Below are positions 47,927 through 58,488 of a stretch of DNA of 64,000 nucleotides, piece after piece. Each line of letters starts with the position of its first letter. The stretch's first letter is position 1. The position numbers and the translations under genes were made by a program. The DNA is from an uncultured delta proteobacterium (GTDB lineage: Bacteria > Desulfobacterota > Binatia > HRBIN30 > BPIQ01), in NCBI GenBank assembly GCA_963761335.1, contig CAVXGR010000012.1:480001-544000 (forward strand), in the 5' to 3' direction. The notes under the pieces were generated by a model. It was not told the DNA's origin. It saw nothing but the letters and a program-made list of their open reading frames with translations, and did no database searches.

Positions 47927-50694
47927 TCACGCAGACGAGGCAGAGGCCCGCAGCGAGCGGCGCCGCACGCCAAACGCGGCGACCGCGACCAGCAGAGCCG
48001 CCAGGGCAATCAGCCCCCAGCGCGATGCCGCCGGGGCGCTCGCCGACACCGGCAACGCCGGGCCACCGGGATCGACGATCATGCCGTCGCCGGCGGGCGT
48101 ATCGTCGCCGAGTTGGCCGTTGGTCAGCTTGAAGGTCGCCGTCGCCACCGTCGAACCCGTCGCCGGCGGGATCTGCGCCGTGCCAAAGGTCGCAGCGGGC
48201 AACGCGTAGAATTGGGGCGTGTCGAAGCCCGGCGGGATTGGTCCGAACTTCCGATACGCCGTCAGCGGCAGGAAGAACGGCTCGTGGAAGATCAGGGTCA
48301 CGTCGACGCTGGTGGCGCAATCGAGCTGGAAACCCACCATGCCGTACGGGTAGTCGTACTTCGAATCGGTGCCCAACGACGCCTCGCTCGCGGCGTGGAC
48401 CTCTTGCAGCCCACTGCAACCGCCGTTGTCCGCAGGGACCTCGACGGTGATGTACCCCTGCCCGGTCGCGGATGTCAGCGACGCGACGTTGCCCTGCTGG
48501 CTGTCCATGGTGCCGTCGCCGTTGCCGTCGCCGCCGTTCGGCCCGACGTCCTCCACCGCGTCCGGCACGCCGTCCTGGTCGGAGTCCATGGGGATCGGCG
48601 TCACCGTCGGCGTCTCGGTCGGCGTCTCGGTCGGCGTTGCCGTCGGCGTCTCCGTCGGCGTCTGCGTCGGCGTCGCCGTCGGGGTGCTGGTCGATGTCAT
48701 CGTCGGGGTGCTGGTCGGCGTCGATCGTCGGCGTCTGGGTCGGCGTGTGCGTCGGCGTACTGGTCGGCGTCGTCGTCGGCGTGTCGGTCGGTGTTGACGT
48801 CGGCGTCATCGTCGGCGTCTCGGTCGGTGTGTACGTCGGCGTCAGCGTCGGGGTGGCGGTCGGCGTCTCGGTGGGGGTCTCGGTCGGCGTCTCCGTCGGC
48901 GTCTCCGTCGGCGGCGGCAGAGGCACATTGGTTCCCAGGATCGTTCCCACGCCGCCCACCGCCTCGCAGTGGGTGGTTGCGGCGACGCAGCTCACGCCGA
49001 GGAGGCCGTTCGCCGACGGGCTGCTGTCGGCGCTCCAGCTCGAGCCGTTCCAGGACACGATCGCGCCGCCGTCGCTCACCGCCTTGCACCGCGAGGTGGA
49101 AGCGCAGCTCACGCCGTCCAGGGTGCCGGTGGTGTTGCTCGTGTCGCCGCTCCAGCTCGAGCCGTCCCAAGAGCGAATCACGCCACCATTGCCCACCGCC
49201 TTGCACAGCGTCGCTGACGGACAGCTCACGTCGTCGAGCGCGGTCGCGATGCCGCTGGTGTCGCCACTCCAGACACTGCCGTCCCACGAGCGAATCACAC
49301 CGACATTGCCCACCGCCTTGCACAGCGTCGCCGACGGACAGCTGACGCCGAAGAGCTGGGCCGTCGTATTGCTGGTGTCGGCGCTCCAGCTGGTGCCGTT
49401 CCAGGTGAGGATCGTACCGCTGTCGCCCACCGCCTTGCACAGCGTCGTCGAGAAGCAGGCGATGCCGTTGAGGTTCGCCGTCGTGCCGCTGGTGTCGGCG
49501 CTCCAGGTGGCGCCGTCCCACGAGAGAATCGCACCGCTGAAGCCAACTGCCTTGCACAAGGTGGTCGACGGACAGGCGACCCGCTGCAGAGTGACGTTGG
49601 GGGCGGTATCGAGGCTCCACACCGAGCCGTTCCAGGAGGCGACCGTGCCGAAGCCGCCCACGGCCTTGCACAGGCTGCTCGACGGACAGCTCACACCCTG
49701 GAGCCCAATCTCCGAAGTGAGGTTGGTCGGGGCTTCGAGGCTCCACGTGGTCGGGCTCCAGGAGAGGATCCTGCCATGGGCGCCCACGGCTTGGCACAGG
49801 GAGCCGGAAGGACACGATACGCCGCTGAGGCCGTCCGCCGTCCCCGACGACTCGGAGCTCCACGCCGAGCCGTTCCAGGAGCCGGCGATGCCGCTGTCGC
49901 CCACCGCCTGCACTGCGAGCTGGAGGAGCAGCTGACGCTGCGAAGGTTGCCGAACGAGCCGCTGTCCGCGGTCCAATTCGTGCCGTCCCACGAGACAATC
50001 GCGCCGGACAGCCCCACAGCCTTGCATGCCGTGGTCGAGGCGCAGCTCACGCCGAAGAGCTGGTTGGTCATCGACGGAAGCGTATCGGCGCTCCAGCTCG
50101 AGCCGTCCCACGACAGAGCCAGGCCGCTGGTGACGAAGATGTCGTGTCCCACCGCCTTGCACAGCCCCGGTCGAAGGGCAAGAGACGCCGCTGAGGGTGT
50201 TCATCGTGCCGCTCGTCTCGCCGCTCCAGCTGGTGCCGTTCCAGGAGAGAATCGTGCCGGCATCGCCCACCGCCTTGCACAGCATCCCGTCGAAGGGCAG
50301 GAAACGCCGTTGAGGGTGTTGCGTGTCGCTGTTGGTATCGGTGCTCCAGCTCGTGCCGTCCCAGGAGACGATCGTGCCACCGCTGCCCACCGCCTTGCAC
50401 AGCGTGGTCGAGGCAGCACGACACGCCGAGAAGCGAGCTGGTCGTCGGGCTGACGTCGGCGCTCCAGCTCGAGCCGTTCCACGAGTAGATCGTGCCCGCA
50501 TCGCCGACCGCCTTGCACAGCGTCGCCGATGGACAGCTGACGCCGTGGAAGGTGTTCCCTTGCGGCAGCGGATTCTGCCAGACCCAGACGTCAGAGAGGA
50601 TCGCGAGGGCTCTGGGTACGGCGAGCACGCCGTTCACGAGCCCGATTACCAGGAGGACAAGGCCGATGGTGCGGAGACAAGGCGCCGAGCGCAT
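47927..50694 (-). CDS. Large surface protein: Cys/Trp repeats, P/T linker, anchor domain, CTERM-type tail (several frameshifts)
   Basis: Signal peptide; ~41-aa repeats GVSCPSxTLCKAVGxxGTIxSWxGxSWSxDTS; (TPTE)n; DSDQDGVPD; FKLTNGQLGDD..DGMIVDPGGP; SRWGLIALAALL..RRR. Confidence 0.8.
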
Positions 50695-50994
50695 GCGATT
50701 CCACCTCACGTTTCAAGCCACAGGCGGCCGGAGCCGCAACCTTCATTCGGGCGGGCCGCCTCGGCCTACCACCAGGGTGCGCCTCGAGACCTGCCTCAGG
50801 ACCGTCGTGGGCCTCGTGCCCGTTGGTGACCGCGGGGAGAACGACTGCCAGTGCCAGAAGCGTGCGAACCAATGTGCGACGGGAAGGCGACGATTTCTCT
50901 CTCAGGGACACCGGGTCTTTCAGATTTGCCGCATACCGTAAAAGCCGAATCGGGTGCCCATGTCAACTGGGAGAAGGTCCATCGGGTCGGGGTG

Positions 50995-52436
50995 CTAATT
51001 GATTATCCGGTAGACAATGGTGTAGTCGAATTTCGCAACGCGGCGGTACCGATCACTGTTGTCCGCGATAGGGATCAGCGCGTCATAAGGGGGGTACGTC
51101 GGCAGGACGATCCAATCGTTCGCGGCTCTCTTCACCAGAACGGCGAAATGCCCTTTCATTCTCGTCGAATTGCTCCACGACCTCGTAAGCACGCACGCCC
51201 TTCAGGTTGCCGTAGAAGATCAACGAGCGCGTATTGGGGGTGGCGACACGCCCCTCCGGGATTGTCGCCACGACACGGCCCCACTCCTGCGTATAGATCG
51301 CATCACGCCAGTCGAGACAGCGGCCCATCGCCGGATAGACACCGTACGCCTCGAAGTTCGGCACCAATAGACCAATGAGCCCCACCGCCGCGATAGCCGC
51401 CCGCCAAGCATTGCGTTGAACCTGAAAATGACTGACCACGCTTTCGTACAACTTCACGAGCCCGGCGACGCCGAGAACGATCAAGATCGGCAGAAAGGGC
51501 ACGAGGTATCGCTGGAAAGGGATCAAAACAGAACGTGGAGAGCAGAAACAACACACACAGCAGGAGGGTCGGCTGAAGTGCCTTTTGCCGGCGCTGGACG
51601 AACAGAAAGCAGATCCCTCCTCCCAGCAGTCCAAGCGAAAGCTGTCGCAGCATGTTGAGCCAATGAAACTCCCACCACCGCAGCCCGCTGACTCGGCTGG
51701 CGTGAAAGGCCAAGCCTTGCGCCGCTATCACAATCCACGGGGAATAGGCCGCGACGTACAGCGCCACTGTGCCGGCGACCTTTCTCCAATCGCCGTCATA
51801 CCGACGATAGTAGAAGAGCAAGAGTGAGGGCGCGAGATAGAAACCGAAATAATGGGTATAGATCGCGCCGAGAAAGCCACTGGCGATGCATCGTTCGTTG
51901 CCGGACATCAGGCCGTAGACGCAGAGAGTCACAAAGAACGTCAGCATGGCGTACATGGTCGCGGCCTGGGCATATTGCTGATGCAACACATTGAACGTGA
52001 GCAGCGCCGTTGCCCCGAGCGCGGCCCAGTGGGACAGCAGACGCCGGCCAAGAAAATATGTCAAAACGATCGTTGCCCCCGCAAACAACACGGAGGGAAG
52101 CCGCATCGAGACCTCCGCGTAGCCCACCATCCGCCCCCAAGCGGCGAGAAGAAGATAGTGCGCCGGTGGGTGCCGAAAGAAAATGGGATCCGGATAGAAG
52201 TCGCTGTGAAAAGGGTGCTGCGCAAGGTTGACGTATACCGCTTCATCATAAAAGAAGGGCGGCCCGAGGTGCCGGGCGCGAACGGCGACGCCGATGAGAA
52301 CGAGTGCCACGAGCCCGAGAAGTTCTCGGCCTCGGAGAGATTTCACGAGCGGCTGCGTTTCTTCCCCAAGCACGGCGCCGCTATCCCGGCGGCCGATCTT
52401 CGCGTACTTGGTTAGCAGGCGAATTGCGAGGAGCAC
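50995..52436 (-). CDS. ArnT/PMT-like (GT-C) membrane glycosyltransferase, frameshifted near 51530 and 51155
   Basis: FYDEAVY, HPPAHYLLL, MRLPSVLF, YTHYFG, QRYLVPFLP distributed over three frames. Confidence 0.78.
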
Positions 52437-52769
52437 AAGCCGAAGCTCGGCCTACAGCCGCGGCGAGCCGCTCGCAGATTCGTATACCGCAGAACGACGG
52501 CGCGCTCCTTTCTTGGTGTCCGCCGGCGATCGACGTCCCCTCTATCCATCCGCAGGAATGGAAATCGCCGGGGAAACTCATTCCCGACATCGATACGAAG
52601 ACGCGCCGCCGCGGCGGCGGACTCGGGTTGGACAGCTCGCGGCCCGGCATTTGCTTACGCTTCCGGCGTCCGCTTGGACGCCAAGGTGGTGGTTGGCGCG
52701 CTGCGCGGCGATGCGACCCGTCAGACGGGTCGCAAGCCGAGCAGCGCGCCAACGAGAGGGAGTGGAACG

Positions 52770-55700
52770 ATGCCGCAAGCACAGGTCCGCTGCGCAGATC
52801 TCGCCGACGACGACACCGCGGTCGGGCTATCGGTGCTGAACATCCAGCGCACCTGCGTCCACGACGGTCCGGGTATCCGCAGCACGGTCTTCTTTCGCGG
52901 CTGCAACATGCGCTGCAGGTGGTGCCACAACCCGGAAGCGCAGCGGTTCGTTCGCCGCGACGACCGCGCCAGCCGCTGCTCGGTTGCGGAGGTCGTCCGG
53001 GCGGTGCGACGAGACCGGGAGTACTATCGCCACACGCACGGCGGCGTGACCCTGAGCGGAGGGGAGCCGCTGCTCCAGGACCAGGCGAGCCTGGTGAAAT
53101 TGCTCGCGGCGCTGAAAGAGGAAGGGATCGAAGTCGTTATCGAAACTGCGGGCGACGTTCCCTGGCGGGCCTTCCAGGCGTCATTGCCGTTCGTCGATCT
53201 ATTTCTGTTCGATCTCAAGGCGGTCGGCGACGATGCCCTGCATCTCCAGCTGACGGGACGGCCGCGACGGCGGGTCGCGGAAAACATCGCGCGTTTGGTT
53301 GGTGCCGGCGCCAAGGTTCGCTTCCGCATGTGCGTGGTCGCCAGCCTGAACGATTCGCCGGCGAATCTCGAAGCGGTGGCGGCTTTGTTGCACTCGCTCC
53401 GCTGTCCGCGCATCGAGCTGCTGCGCTACTACGACATGCACGAGCAGAAGGCCGCGCACTTCCACCTCGCCCAGGAACCGCTGCACATCACCGCCGAGGA
53501 GAGCGCCGCGGCGCTCGAACGAACGGCCCAGACGCTGACATCGTTGGGAATCGCGGTCGAGCACACCGGTGCGCCGGCCATGCGCCCAACGCCCGCATTC
53601 ACCCAGCGCGTCCACGAGCTGCAGAGGGCCATCCGCGACAGCGGCTATGCCGTCTGCCTCGAATCGGCGCGGCTCAAGACGGCATTCCACAAGACGCACG
53701 GCTTCCACGGCCCGCTCGCGGTGCAGCGCGCGAATTTGCTGCGCCACCTGCTGAACGAGAAGACCGTGGCGGTCTATCCGCACGAGCTGTTGGTCGGCAA
53801 CTTCACCGCAAAGCGGGTCGGCGGCAATGTCTGGCCGGAGTATTTCGGCACCGCCATGGCGGTGAACCTGTGGCGCATCGACCGCCAGAAGCCGGTGGCG
53901 TTCAAATGCTCGCTGGCGGACAAGCTGGCGTTCTACTTCGGCATCCTGCCCTTCTGGATCAGGCACGGGCTCGTCGCCCATGCTTTTCCGTCGCTGCGGC
54001 AGCTCGCGTCCTTCATGGCGCGCACGATCGAGCAACGCGTCGCCTTCAACAACAACATGGCGGCCATCGCTCACTTCATCGTCAATACCGAACGCCTACT
54101 GAAGCTTGGAACCAGCGGGATTGCCGAGGAGGTGAAGGCGCAGCAGCGTGAGAAGCGCGGTGCCGATGACGGCTTCTACGACGGCGTGCTCATCGCTCTC
54201 GCGGCCGTGGAGGCCTTCGCGGAGCGCTACGCCAAGCTCCTGGGCCAGATCCGCCGCCGCGAAGCCGATCCGCAGCGGCGAGCGGAGCTCGAGGCGATGC
54301 GGGAGGTCTGTGGCCGTGTGCCGAAACATCCAGCGCGCAGCTTCCATGAAGCACTGCAGAGCATCTTGTTCATGCACGTGGCGCTGTGCACCGAGTCCTT
54401 CGAGAACGCCATCTCACTCGGTCGGCTCGATCGCGTCCTGCATCCATACTACGCGGCCGACGTTGCCGCCGGCCGTCTCGACTACGACGCAGCCAAGGAG
54501 TTGCTGGCCTGCTTCATCCTGAAGCTGGACGAGATCGTGCTTCTCAACGACGGCGACACCGCCTTCCAGCTCGGCAAGCTCTTCGAGAGCCTGTCGCCGG
54601 TCGAGACGGTCACCATCGGCGGCGTCGATCCGGCGGGCAGGGATTCCACCAACGACGTCACCTACATGATCCTGGACATCTGCGAGCTGCGACCGATCGG
54701 GGTCAACATGGCGGCGCGCATTCACCGCCAGAGCCCGGACGAGTACGTGCGCCGGATCGCCGAGGTCTACCTGAACGGCTCGCCGATGCCGGCACTCTTC
54801 AATGACGGGGTCTACATCCCGGCGCTGCGCAAGCGCTACCCCACCCGGCTCGAGGAGGCGCGCAACTACGGAATCGTCGGCTGCGTCGAGCCGGTCGCCT
54901 CGGAGGATCACTTCGGCAACACCGACGCCGCCAACATCAACGTCGTCATTCCCTTTCTCCAGGCCCTGCAGGGCGACGAGCGACCCCTTTGGGCATACGG
55001 CGCCTTCGGCGAACTCGACCAGAAGGCCCGGCGGCTGCTCGGCTCGGCGATGTGGCGCCGAGGCGGCGCAGCGGCAAACCAGAATGGGTCGCGCCGACGC
55101 CCGCCGGCAACCATCGACGCCCTGATGAAGCGCTTCGGGGCGCGTCTCGACGAAGTCGTCGCCGCCGTCTTGGCCGACCAGCAGCGCATCGAGACGGCGC
55201 TGGCGCGCCATCTCACCACGCCGCTGGCATCCTCGCTCTTTCCCGGATGCGTCGCCTCGGGAAAGGATGCCTACGAAGGCGGCGCGACGTTCAACAGCAG
55301 CGGCATCCAAGCCGTCGGCGTCACCGACGTCGCCGATTCGCTCGTTGCCATCGACGAGGTCGTCTACCGCAGGAATCTCTACGCCATCGAAGACGTGCTG
55401 CAGGCCATCGATGCCAACTTCGAGGGCGAACGCCATGGGGACATTCGACAGGCGCTGCTCGCCGCACCCAAGTTCGGCGATGACACCGCGGTCGAGGCGC
55501 ACCAGTGGATGAATCGAGTCATGGAGCTATACGTGAAGGCGCTGAGCCGGGTCGCGCATCCATCCCGCAACGGCACGTATGTAGCCGGCTACTACGGGTT
55601 GAACGTGAACCGGGTGTACGGCGCCAGGACCCCCGCTCTGCCGTCGGGCCGGCGCCGCGGCGAGCCGCTGGCCAACAGTATCTGCCCGCATTTCGGCATG

Positions 55701-56066
55701 CAGATGATGGACCTGACCTCGGCGCTGAACGCCATTGCACGGGTCGACTTCGCGAGCTTCGCCCCCAACGGCACCACGGTGACGTCGACCATTGATGGCG
55801 CGCTTTTCCCCGGCAACAGCGGCAGCCGCAACCTCGCGGGCGTGATTCGCGGCTTCTTCGCGCAGGGGGGGATGCAGCTCCAGCCGAACCTGGTGAGCCG
55901 CGAGATTCTCCTCGATGCCTACAACCACCCGGGAAAGTACAAGGATCTCGTGGTCCGGATCGCCGGCTACTGCGGCTACTTCGACAATCTCTCGGATGAG
56001 CTGAAACGCGAGATCATCGAGCGCACCTACCACACCGCAAAGCTCGGCTCGACGGCCGGCCTCTGA
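52770..56066 (+). CDS. Fusion of glycyl-radical activating enzyme (radical SAM) and glycyl radical enzyme
   Basis: HDGPGIRSTVFFRGCNMRCRWCHNPE, GGVTLSGGEP; then ELLVG, SLGRLD, GCVEP, DLVVRIAGY in one uninterrupted frame. Confidence 0.92.
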   Translation: MPQAQVRCADLADDDTAVGLSVLNIQRTCVHDGPGIRSTVFFRGCNMRCRWCHNPEAQRFVRRDDRASRCSVAEVVRAVRRDREYYRHTHGGVTLSGGEPLLQDQASLVKLLAALKEEGIEVVIETAGDVPWRAFQASLPFVDLFLFDLKAVGDDALHLQLTGRPRRRVAENIARLVGAGAKVRFRMCVVASLNDSPANLEAVAALLHSLRCPRIELLRYYDMHEQKAAHFHLAQEPLHITAEESAAALERTAQTLTSLGIAVEHTGAPAMRPTPAFTQRVHELQRAIRDSGYAVCLESARLKTAFHKTHGFHGPLAVQRANLLRHLLNEKTVAVYPHELLVGNFTAKRVGGNVWPEYFGTAMAVNLWRIDRQKPVAFKCSLADKLAFYFGILPFWIRHGLVAHAFPSLRQLASFMARTIEQRVAFNNNMAAIAHFIVNTERLLKLGTSGIAEEVKAQQREKRGADDGFYDGVLIALAAVEAFAERYAKLLGQIRRREADPQRRAELEAMREVCGRVPKHPARSFHEALQSILFMHVALCTESFENAISLGRLDRVLHPYYAADVAAGRLDYDAAKELLACFILKLDEIVLLNDGDTAFQLGKLFESLSPVETVTIGGVDPAGRDSTNDVTYMILDICELRPIGVNMAARIHRQSPDEYVRRIAEVYLNGSPMPALFNDGVYIPALRKRYPTRLEEARNYGIVGCVEPVASEDHFGNTDAANINVVIPFLQALQGDERPLWAYGAFGELDQKARRLLGSAMWRRGGAAANQNGSRRRPPATIDALMKRFGARLDEVVAAVLADQQRIETALARHLTTPLASSLFPGCVASGKDAYEGGATFNSSGIQAVGVTDVADSLVAIDEVVYRRNLYAIEDVLQAIDANFEGERHGDIRQALLAAPKFGDDTAVEAHQWMNRVMELYVKALSRVAHPSRNGTYVAGYYGLNVNRVYGARTPALPSGRRRGEPLANSICPHFGMQMMDLTSALNAIARVDFASFAPNGTTVTSTIDGALFPGNSGSRNLAGVIRGFFAQGGMQLQPNLVSREILLDAYNHPGKYKDLVVRIAGYCGYFDNLSDELKREIIERTYHTAKLGSTAGL

Positions 56067-56086
56067 TTCTCATCGCCCGCGGTGGA

Positions 56087-56594
56087 GTGGAGGCCCACGG
56101 CTCCGAGGTGTTGGCGCGCGCCGCCGCCTCCGGCTCGCGCATCGCCGAACGGCGGCTCTCCTCTCCCGATGCGCGCGGCTTGCTGGAAGGCCTGCGCCAC
56201 GCCCGCGACGCGGACGTGGTGAGCCTGCAATCACCGCTCTCGGCCGAGTCCATCCGCCTGCTCTTCCGGGTGTCGGATGCCGTGCTCGCCAACAGCGGTC
56301 ACGAGCCCTTCGGCCTCGTCGGTCCCGAGGCGATGGCGGCAGGAGGTCCTCGCCTGCACGGGGAGCACGGGAGAGGACTACGCCGTCGCCGGTTGGAACG
56401 CCTTGGTGCTGCAGAGCAACGATCCGCGCGAGTTCGTCGCCTACTACCACAGGTTGAAGACCGACGCGGGCGAAGAGTCGGCCCTGCGCCGCCGCGGGCG
56501 TCGCACGGCGGCGCGCTACGCCTGGTCGCAGGTGCTGCAGCGCAACATCCTGCCGGCATTGCACTTCCCCCGGCCGAAGCAGGTCGGCGCGTAG
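56087..56594 (+). pseudogene. C-terminal remnant of a GT4-like glycosyltransferase
   Basis: SDAVLANSGHEPFGLVGPEAMAAG, frameshift, then ACTGSTGEDYA...YAWSQVL. Confidence 0.65.
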
Positions 56595-56621
56595 TCGCGC
56601 TAGCTGAACCGCAGGGCGCCC

Positions 56622-56918
56622 TCAGCTCTGTGGCAGCTTCTGCCCGCTTCGCCCCCCCACATCTCCCGGTGCCCGAAAATAGCCTCTCGGCCGGCCTTCG
56701 CGGTCCCAGTAGCACCCCTGCACGTCGATGTATCCGCGATAGATGCCGTGCTCATCGAAGAAGGCGCCGCTGTCGCTCACCGAGCCGCCAAAGGAGCCGT
56801 CCTGGCTGTAGTAGTGGCCGACCTCGTCGATGTACCCGAGACAGGACCCGAAACGGGTAAAGTGATAGCGCCTGGCGCGACTACCGCGCACCGGACTTGC
56901 GGTCTGGCCTCCGCTCAC
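56622..56918 (-). CDS. Small Gly/aromatic beta-repeat hypothetical protein
   Basis: Repeated GYIDxxGxYxxxxG units. Confidence 0.5.
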   Translation of the reverse strand: MSGGQTASPVRGSRARRYHFTRFGSCLGYIDEVGHYYSQDGSFGGSVSDSGAFFDEHGIYRGYIDVQGCYWDREGRPRGYFRAPGDVGGRSGQKLPQS

Positions 56919-57293
56919 GTCACTCGCCTTCCATGTCGAGACATCGCGTCTCTCGAGCGTCTGAAAGTCCTTTTGCGTCTACAGCAATTTAAGGCGAGTG
57001 GATAGACCGCAGAATTACGCGAGTAGAACTACTCGGTAGCCGCCAGGCTGCATGCTTTTCGCCGGCTGTGTAGGCAGACAGCGTTTCCGGCGCAGGGCGA
57101 ACGATCCCCTCCCGACTCTGAGAACGGGCCACCCGACGGCGGGCAGGAACGCATTGGCGGCAAGCCGGCGGCAAATTTGCAGGAGGTCCGGCCCCGGCGC
57201 CGACCGGGTTCCCGAGCCCGAGATTGACCCATGCCTGCCCGCCATCCCCACAACGACCACCAATCCCTCGGCCACAGGCGCAACGGTAGAGCG

Positions 57294-57948
57294 GTGCCGC
57301 TGAAGCTGGTCACCTCCGCACCGCAACGAGTCACGTCGCAATCCGACCTCATCCCGTCCGTGTGTCTGGCCGTCTTCACAGCTCTGTGGGTCGGCCTCGC
57401 GATCGAGCCCCGCTACCCAGAGGACTGGCTGCTGGAAAATCTCCTCACCTTCGCCTGCGTACCGGCCGCCGTCTTGACGTATCGGCGCTTTCGCTTCACC
57501 GATCAGGCCTACGTCCAGGCCGCGCTCTTCCTGATCCTGCATATTGTCGGCAGCCACTACACATACTCGCACGTGCCGCTCGGCGACTGGGCGCTGGATG
57601 TCTTTGGCTTCTCCCGCAATCACTACGACCGCCTGGTGCCACTTCTCCTTCGGCGTATTGATGCTGCGGCCGATGCGTGAGCTCGTCATCCGCCGGCCGC
57701 GCGCGCTCGGGCGCACTGCGCTGTTCTTCCTGAGCTTTGCCACGATCGCCTGCGCCAGCCTCGGCTACGAGATGCTCGAGTGGTTGGTGGCGGCGGTGGT
57801 CGATCCATCCGCCGGAACCGCCTACCTCGGCACCCAGGGGGACGTCTGGGACGCACAGAAGGACTCGGCCTGCGCCTCCGCTGGCGCGCTCATTGCCACG
57901 GCCATCGACGGCTGGCAGCTACGCGCCGAGACCCGGACTGCAGAATGA
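57294..57948 (+). CDS. DUF2238 (YjdF-like) membrane protein, +1 frameshift near 57639
   Basis: DWLLEN, GSHYTYSHVP, RNHYDRLV(H)FSFG, YEMLEW, YLGTQGDVWDAQKD. Confidence 0.8.
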
Positions 57949-58258
57949 GTCGTTCCGCTTTGACTCAACCACTCGGCCCGAGGCCCGACTCGGCCGCGGA
58001 ACCAGTCGGAGGCAGCAACGGCGATCGGTGCCGGCGCCGCCCGCAGGGGGCAAATTGACCGGGGCGCGCAAGACGGATACTCGTCCCTCAGCATGCAACT
58101 GAAGGCTCCCATGCATGGGAATGAATCTCGCGCCGAGCCGTGAAAAACTGCCAGTTCATTCGAGCCTGAAACCCGGTCCACATCTTGCCGCAGAAAAACG
58201 AGGACGCGACGGGCAAAGGACCAGCGGCCGTTTAGCGCCGTCAGACAGGAGAAGGGAT

Positions 58259-58447
58259 ATGATTCGCTTGGACCTCACCGAGAACGAAGGCGCCACACTG
58301 GTCAAAGTCCTGGATTACTATGTATCCGAGCTGCGCATGGAAGTGACGGACACCGATCTGAAGGACCTGCGCGACCAGTTGAAGGCCGAAGAAGGCGTTC
58401 TGAAGAAGATGCTGGCGACGCTCAAGGAACGGCTCGCGCAGTCCTGA
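58259..58447 (+). CDS. Small helical hypothetical protein
   Basis: MIRLDLTENEGATLVKVLDYYVSELRMEV...; purine-rich RBS upstream. Confidence 0.6.
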   Translation: MIRLDLTENEGATLVKVLDYYVSELRMEVTDTDLKDLRDQLKAEEGVLKKMLATLKERLAQS

Positions 58448-58488
58448 GGCGCGGGTGATCCCGCCGGCTCGGCTTACGCGAGGACACT

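Noticed and set aside
48595..48912. Tandem 12-bp repeats as CRISPR or VNTR element
   Set aside because: They encode the Thr/Pro linker of the surface protein; no unique spacers or cas genes.
48960..50550. Regularly spaced caccgccttgcacag repeats as CRISPR array
   Set aside because: ~120-bp period matches protein repeats (LCKAVG); intervening sequences are homologous.
50591..50911. ORF with signal-peptide-like start
   Set aside because: Degenerates quickly and overlaps the next gene; at most a fragment.
52770..56066. Pyruvate formate-lyase (pflB)
   Set aside because: Single-Cys GCVEP rather than the PFL Cys-Cys motif; substrate unassigned.
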